Positions 60,712 through 64,000 of a DNA stretch of 64,000 bases are shown in pieces. Location of the stretch: positions 50,220,001 through 50,284,000 of the forward strand of contig OZ024752.1 of NCBI GenBank assembly GCA_964016885.1, written 5' to 3'. Position 1 is the first letter of the stretch; each line of letters starts with the position of its first letter. The stretch comes from Eledone cirrhosa. Lineage: Eukaryota. The notes under the pieces are model-generated. The model ran no database searches. It was not told where the DNA came from and worked only from the letters and a program-made list of their open reading frames with translations. Both the position numbers and the translations under genes were made by a program.

Positions 60712-60856
60712 ATGATAATAATGATGGCGATGATGATGATGATGATGATGATGATTAGGAGGAGGAGGGGGGAGAAGAAGAAGAAGAAGAAGAAGAAGAA
60801 GAAGAAGAAGAAGAAGAAGAAGAAGAAGAAGAAATAATAATAATAATAATAATAAT

Positions 60857-61033
60857 AATTGTTTCTACTTTTGGCACAAGGCCAGCAATTATCCCAGTGC
60901 ATTACTGGTACTTTATTTTATCGACCCCCGTAAGGATGAAAGGCAAAGTTAACCTAGGCGGGATTTGAACTCAGAATGGCAAGGGCCGTAACTCTATGCA
61001 TCAAAGCATGGCGTCCAACCCTCTACCGATACT
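60857..61033 (-). mobile_element. Meta-like SINE in (AAT)n (another at 61822-62007)
   Basis: Same family as 31297-31482. Confidence 0.75.
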
Positions 61034-61324
61034 AATAATAATAATAATAATAATAATATCAAAAAGAAAGTAATCAAGGAGGAAGTATTTGTAAGAATTG
61101 TAGTAAGGAGTTCATTTAAAATTTATAATGGTTGGAATCGTATTGCCTGGACTCTTTGCATGTAACAGATTAAGAATGTTTAAAATCTTTATCACTTCCA
61201 GATTGAGGGATTAAAATGGGTTCTTGCATTGGTAGGTATGTCACATGACTCATCCTTTGATGTTTCTTTTAAGGGGTTTTTTTTAACAACGACACAACCA
61301 CCACTGACAACTATATATATATAA

Positions 61325-61393
<69 letters not shown>

Positions 61394-61395
61394 TA

Positions 61396-61801
61396 GGAAC
61401 GAGTAGGACCCCGACGGCTGAGCTCAAGCCATTTCGACAGCTAATTCTGGACTAAAAATCATTTTAGTCCAGAATTAGCCGTCGAAACGGCTTGAGGTCT
61501 GCCGTCGGGGTCCTACTCGTTCCTATTACCCACTCTACTACCCTAAGTATTGAGTACTTTGGTGCGTTATGGTCCACCTGGCTCCTTACCACATTTCCTT
61601 CGTTATATATATATATATAGGAACAAGTATGACCCCGACGGCAGAGCTCGAGCCGTTTCGACGGCTAATTCTGGACCGGCGAAACGGCTTGAGCTCTGCC
61701 GTCGGGGTCATACTTGTTCCTATTACCCACTCTACTACCCTAAGTATTGAGTACTTTGGTGCGTTATTGTCCATCTGGTTCCTTACCACATTTCCTTCGT
61801 T
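61396..61801 (+). mobile_element. Two tandem Penelope-like pLTR fragments, each a palindrome built from a hammerhead 3' half
   Basis: Each has gtc/ggc GAAA cggc...gccg TC ggggtc preceded by its own reverse complement, then ctactaccctaagtattgagtactttggtgcgtt. Units are bounded by (TA)n. Relatives at 42375-42516 and 2955-3080. Confidence 0.6.
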
Positions 61802-62179
61802 ATATATATATATATAGTAATAATTGTTTCTACTTTAGGCACAAGGCCAGCAAATTACCCAGTACATTACTGGTACTTTATTTTATCCACCCCGTAAGGA
61901 TGAAAGGTAAAGTCAACCTCGGCGGGATTTGAACTCAGACAGTAAAGGGACGTAACTATGCTGGAAAGCATGGTGTCCGACCCTCTACCGATACTCCCAA
62001 TCCACCATAGTAATAATAATAAATGCAAAGACTAAAATCGTCTTCATGTTTTCCTTCAGTTGCAATGTTCTTCAAAATATTTACTTCTGCGTTCACAGAT
62101 TGATTTTTTTTTAGTTTCAGAAGATCCCGTTAAGGGTGAAAGCAGCGATTCTTTGCTTAGACTTTAATCTGTTATTTTA

Positions 62180-62233
<54 letters not shown>

Positions 62234-62579
62234 CCATAGAAAATCAGCAGAAACACCCGTTTGAGCAAGACATGGTCACCCGACACAACTTGCCTCAAAA
62301 TAGGACCTGACTAACTCATGCTAGCGTGGAAGATGGGCGTTAATCGATGATGATGATGATGATGATGATACTGTGTGTATATATATATATATATATACAT
62401 ATACATACATATATATATATACATACACATATACATATATATATGCACACATACACATACATATATATATATATACATACACATATACATATATATATAT
62501 GCACACATATACATACATATATATACATACATACACATATACATATATATATATGCACATATATACATATATATATCTA

Positions 62580-62745
62580 AGGCGGGTAAAATTCCCGAGA
62601 TCCATGGACGAGTTCTCCCCAGCGGTCTCTGTCCCTCATTATCGCTGCCATCTCCTGCATCTCCAACAGACCAGTGTCTGTCCTTAGGGCATCAACATAT
62701 GTTAACCTTGGTCTTCCTCTTCTACATGGACACACTAGAAGAGGA
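62580..62745 (-). mobile_element. RTE-like LINE 3' end
   Basis: [39 protein letters not shown]. Confidence 0.7.
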
Positions 62746-63689
62746 AGACATATATATATATATATATATATATACATACACATATACATATATATATGCA
62801 CACATATACATATATATATATATATGCATGTGTGTCTAAATATGTTATCATCCCCATCAGTGTTTAAAGTCTATTTTCTCATGCTTGCTTGCATGGATTA
62901 GATGGGTTGTCACATTGTGAGACAAATCACATCAGGTGACCACATCTTGCTCATATTTTGGTTGCGTTTCTATACTTGGATGCCCTTCCTCACGCCAACC
63001 ACATATAACTCTCTGTATATATGCATATGTATATGTTAAAGTCATATCTCCCTATCACTAAACACTTTACAGAGTGTACTCGGTGCATTTATTATGGAGA
63101 CCACCGACACTAAAGAAACTGTCATATTCTCAACACCACTGAAGAGCCCTCTACAGCTGTTCTTCCTGTCACCAACCCCCTTACAGGGTGTACTGGGTGT
63201 ATTTTTCATGGCAACAGAGTTTGTCATGTAACTACTGGGACCTCTCAAACCTTTTTGATATATTTTCTGCAGCTGGAAGCCCTTCCTAACACTAACACAG
63301 AGTATGCTGGGTGTGTTTTATCATGGCACCAGCACTAGGAAGTTTGTCAGTCATTGACTTGACTGATCAACCCTCTCTCCCCTATGGGGTAGAGAACTGT
63401 ATGATGAGAATAGGAATGAGGAGGTAAGAAGGTGTATCATACGCAAGAGACGAAACATGTATAGGGAAGGTGACAAGTTCAATGTTGGGGTATAAGTTGT
63501 GATGCAAGAGAAAGAGAAGACGTGAGAAAATAAGACAAGGGAGTCAGACAGGTGTAGGGAAGTTTGACAAGGTGATGAGAAGGTTGGGAGAGAGTTGTAC
63601 AGAGATGATGACAGTGGTTTCTAAGGAGTGACATTGGGTGCTAGAGGAGGGGCAAGACAGGAGGTTAGGATCAAGGGTAACAGTTCACA

Positions 63690-63790
63690 TTCTTCACCAA
63701 TACTGAATGTCACCAATCCTTACAGTCCTTTGTCATCTCTGTCATGAGATTCAGCTTCTGAAGGTCAGTTTTGGTACTGCACCATTTTTC
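63690..63790 (-). mobile_element. Decayed RTE-like LINE 3' fragment
   Basis: Minus strand reads KTDLQKLNLMTEMTKDCKDW*HSVL, resembling the RTE terminal ...EMTKDRxxWR motif. Confidence 0.45.
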
Positions 63791-64000
63791 TCCCCTCACA
63801 CACTCCCCACATATTTTGTCACCCCCTGATGATGTTACATCAATTATCCATCATTATCATCATCATCACCATTATTATTATTATTATTATTATTATTTCC
63901 TGTATTAAAATTTCCTTCAGTTCTCTTATTTACAACATTTGAAAGGATTGATAAAAGAATAAACAGCAAAATAATAATAATAATAATAATAATAATAGTA

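Overview
AT-rich, microsatellite-dense eukaryotic DNA. The SINE/LINE repertoire suggests an octopus-like cephalopod (inference). Nearly all ORFs in the supplied track are simple-repeat artefacts. The one clear host gene is a kinesin-2 motor, KIF17/OSM-3-like, on the minus strand: four phase-consistent internal exons (43320-43087, 36535-36170, 14369-14260, 12141-11985), one joined by a GC-AG intron. Its start and end are not visible in the window. The introns hold CORE- and Meta-type tRNA SINEs, fragments of CR1, RTE, R4/Dong and CRE-like LINEs, piggyBac/hAT/mariner-type MITEs and many element-derived minisatellites. The most striking unannotated signal is six complete type I hammerhead ribozyme folds plus several half or decayed ones, mostly in short Penelope-like pLTR units embedded in (TA)n. 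Three share a C.C mismatch in stem II despite unrelated stem sequences. Four are sense to the KIF17 pre-mRNA, and two related copies flank one exon. Folds were derived by eye; no activity or database search was possible.
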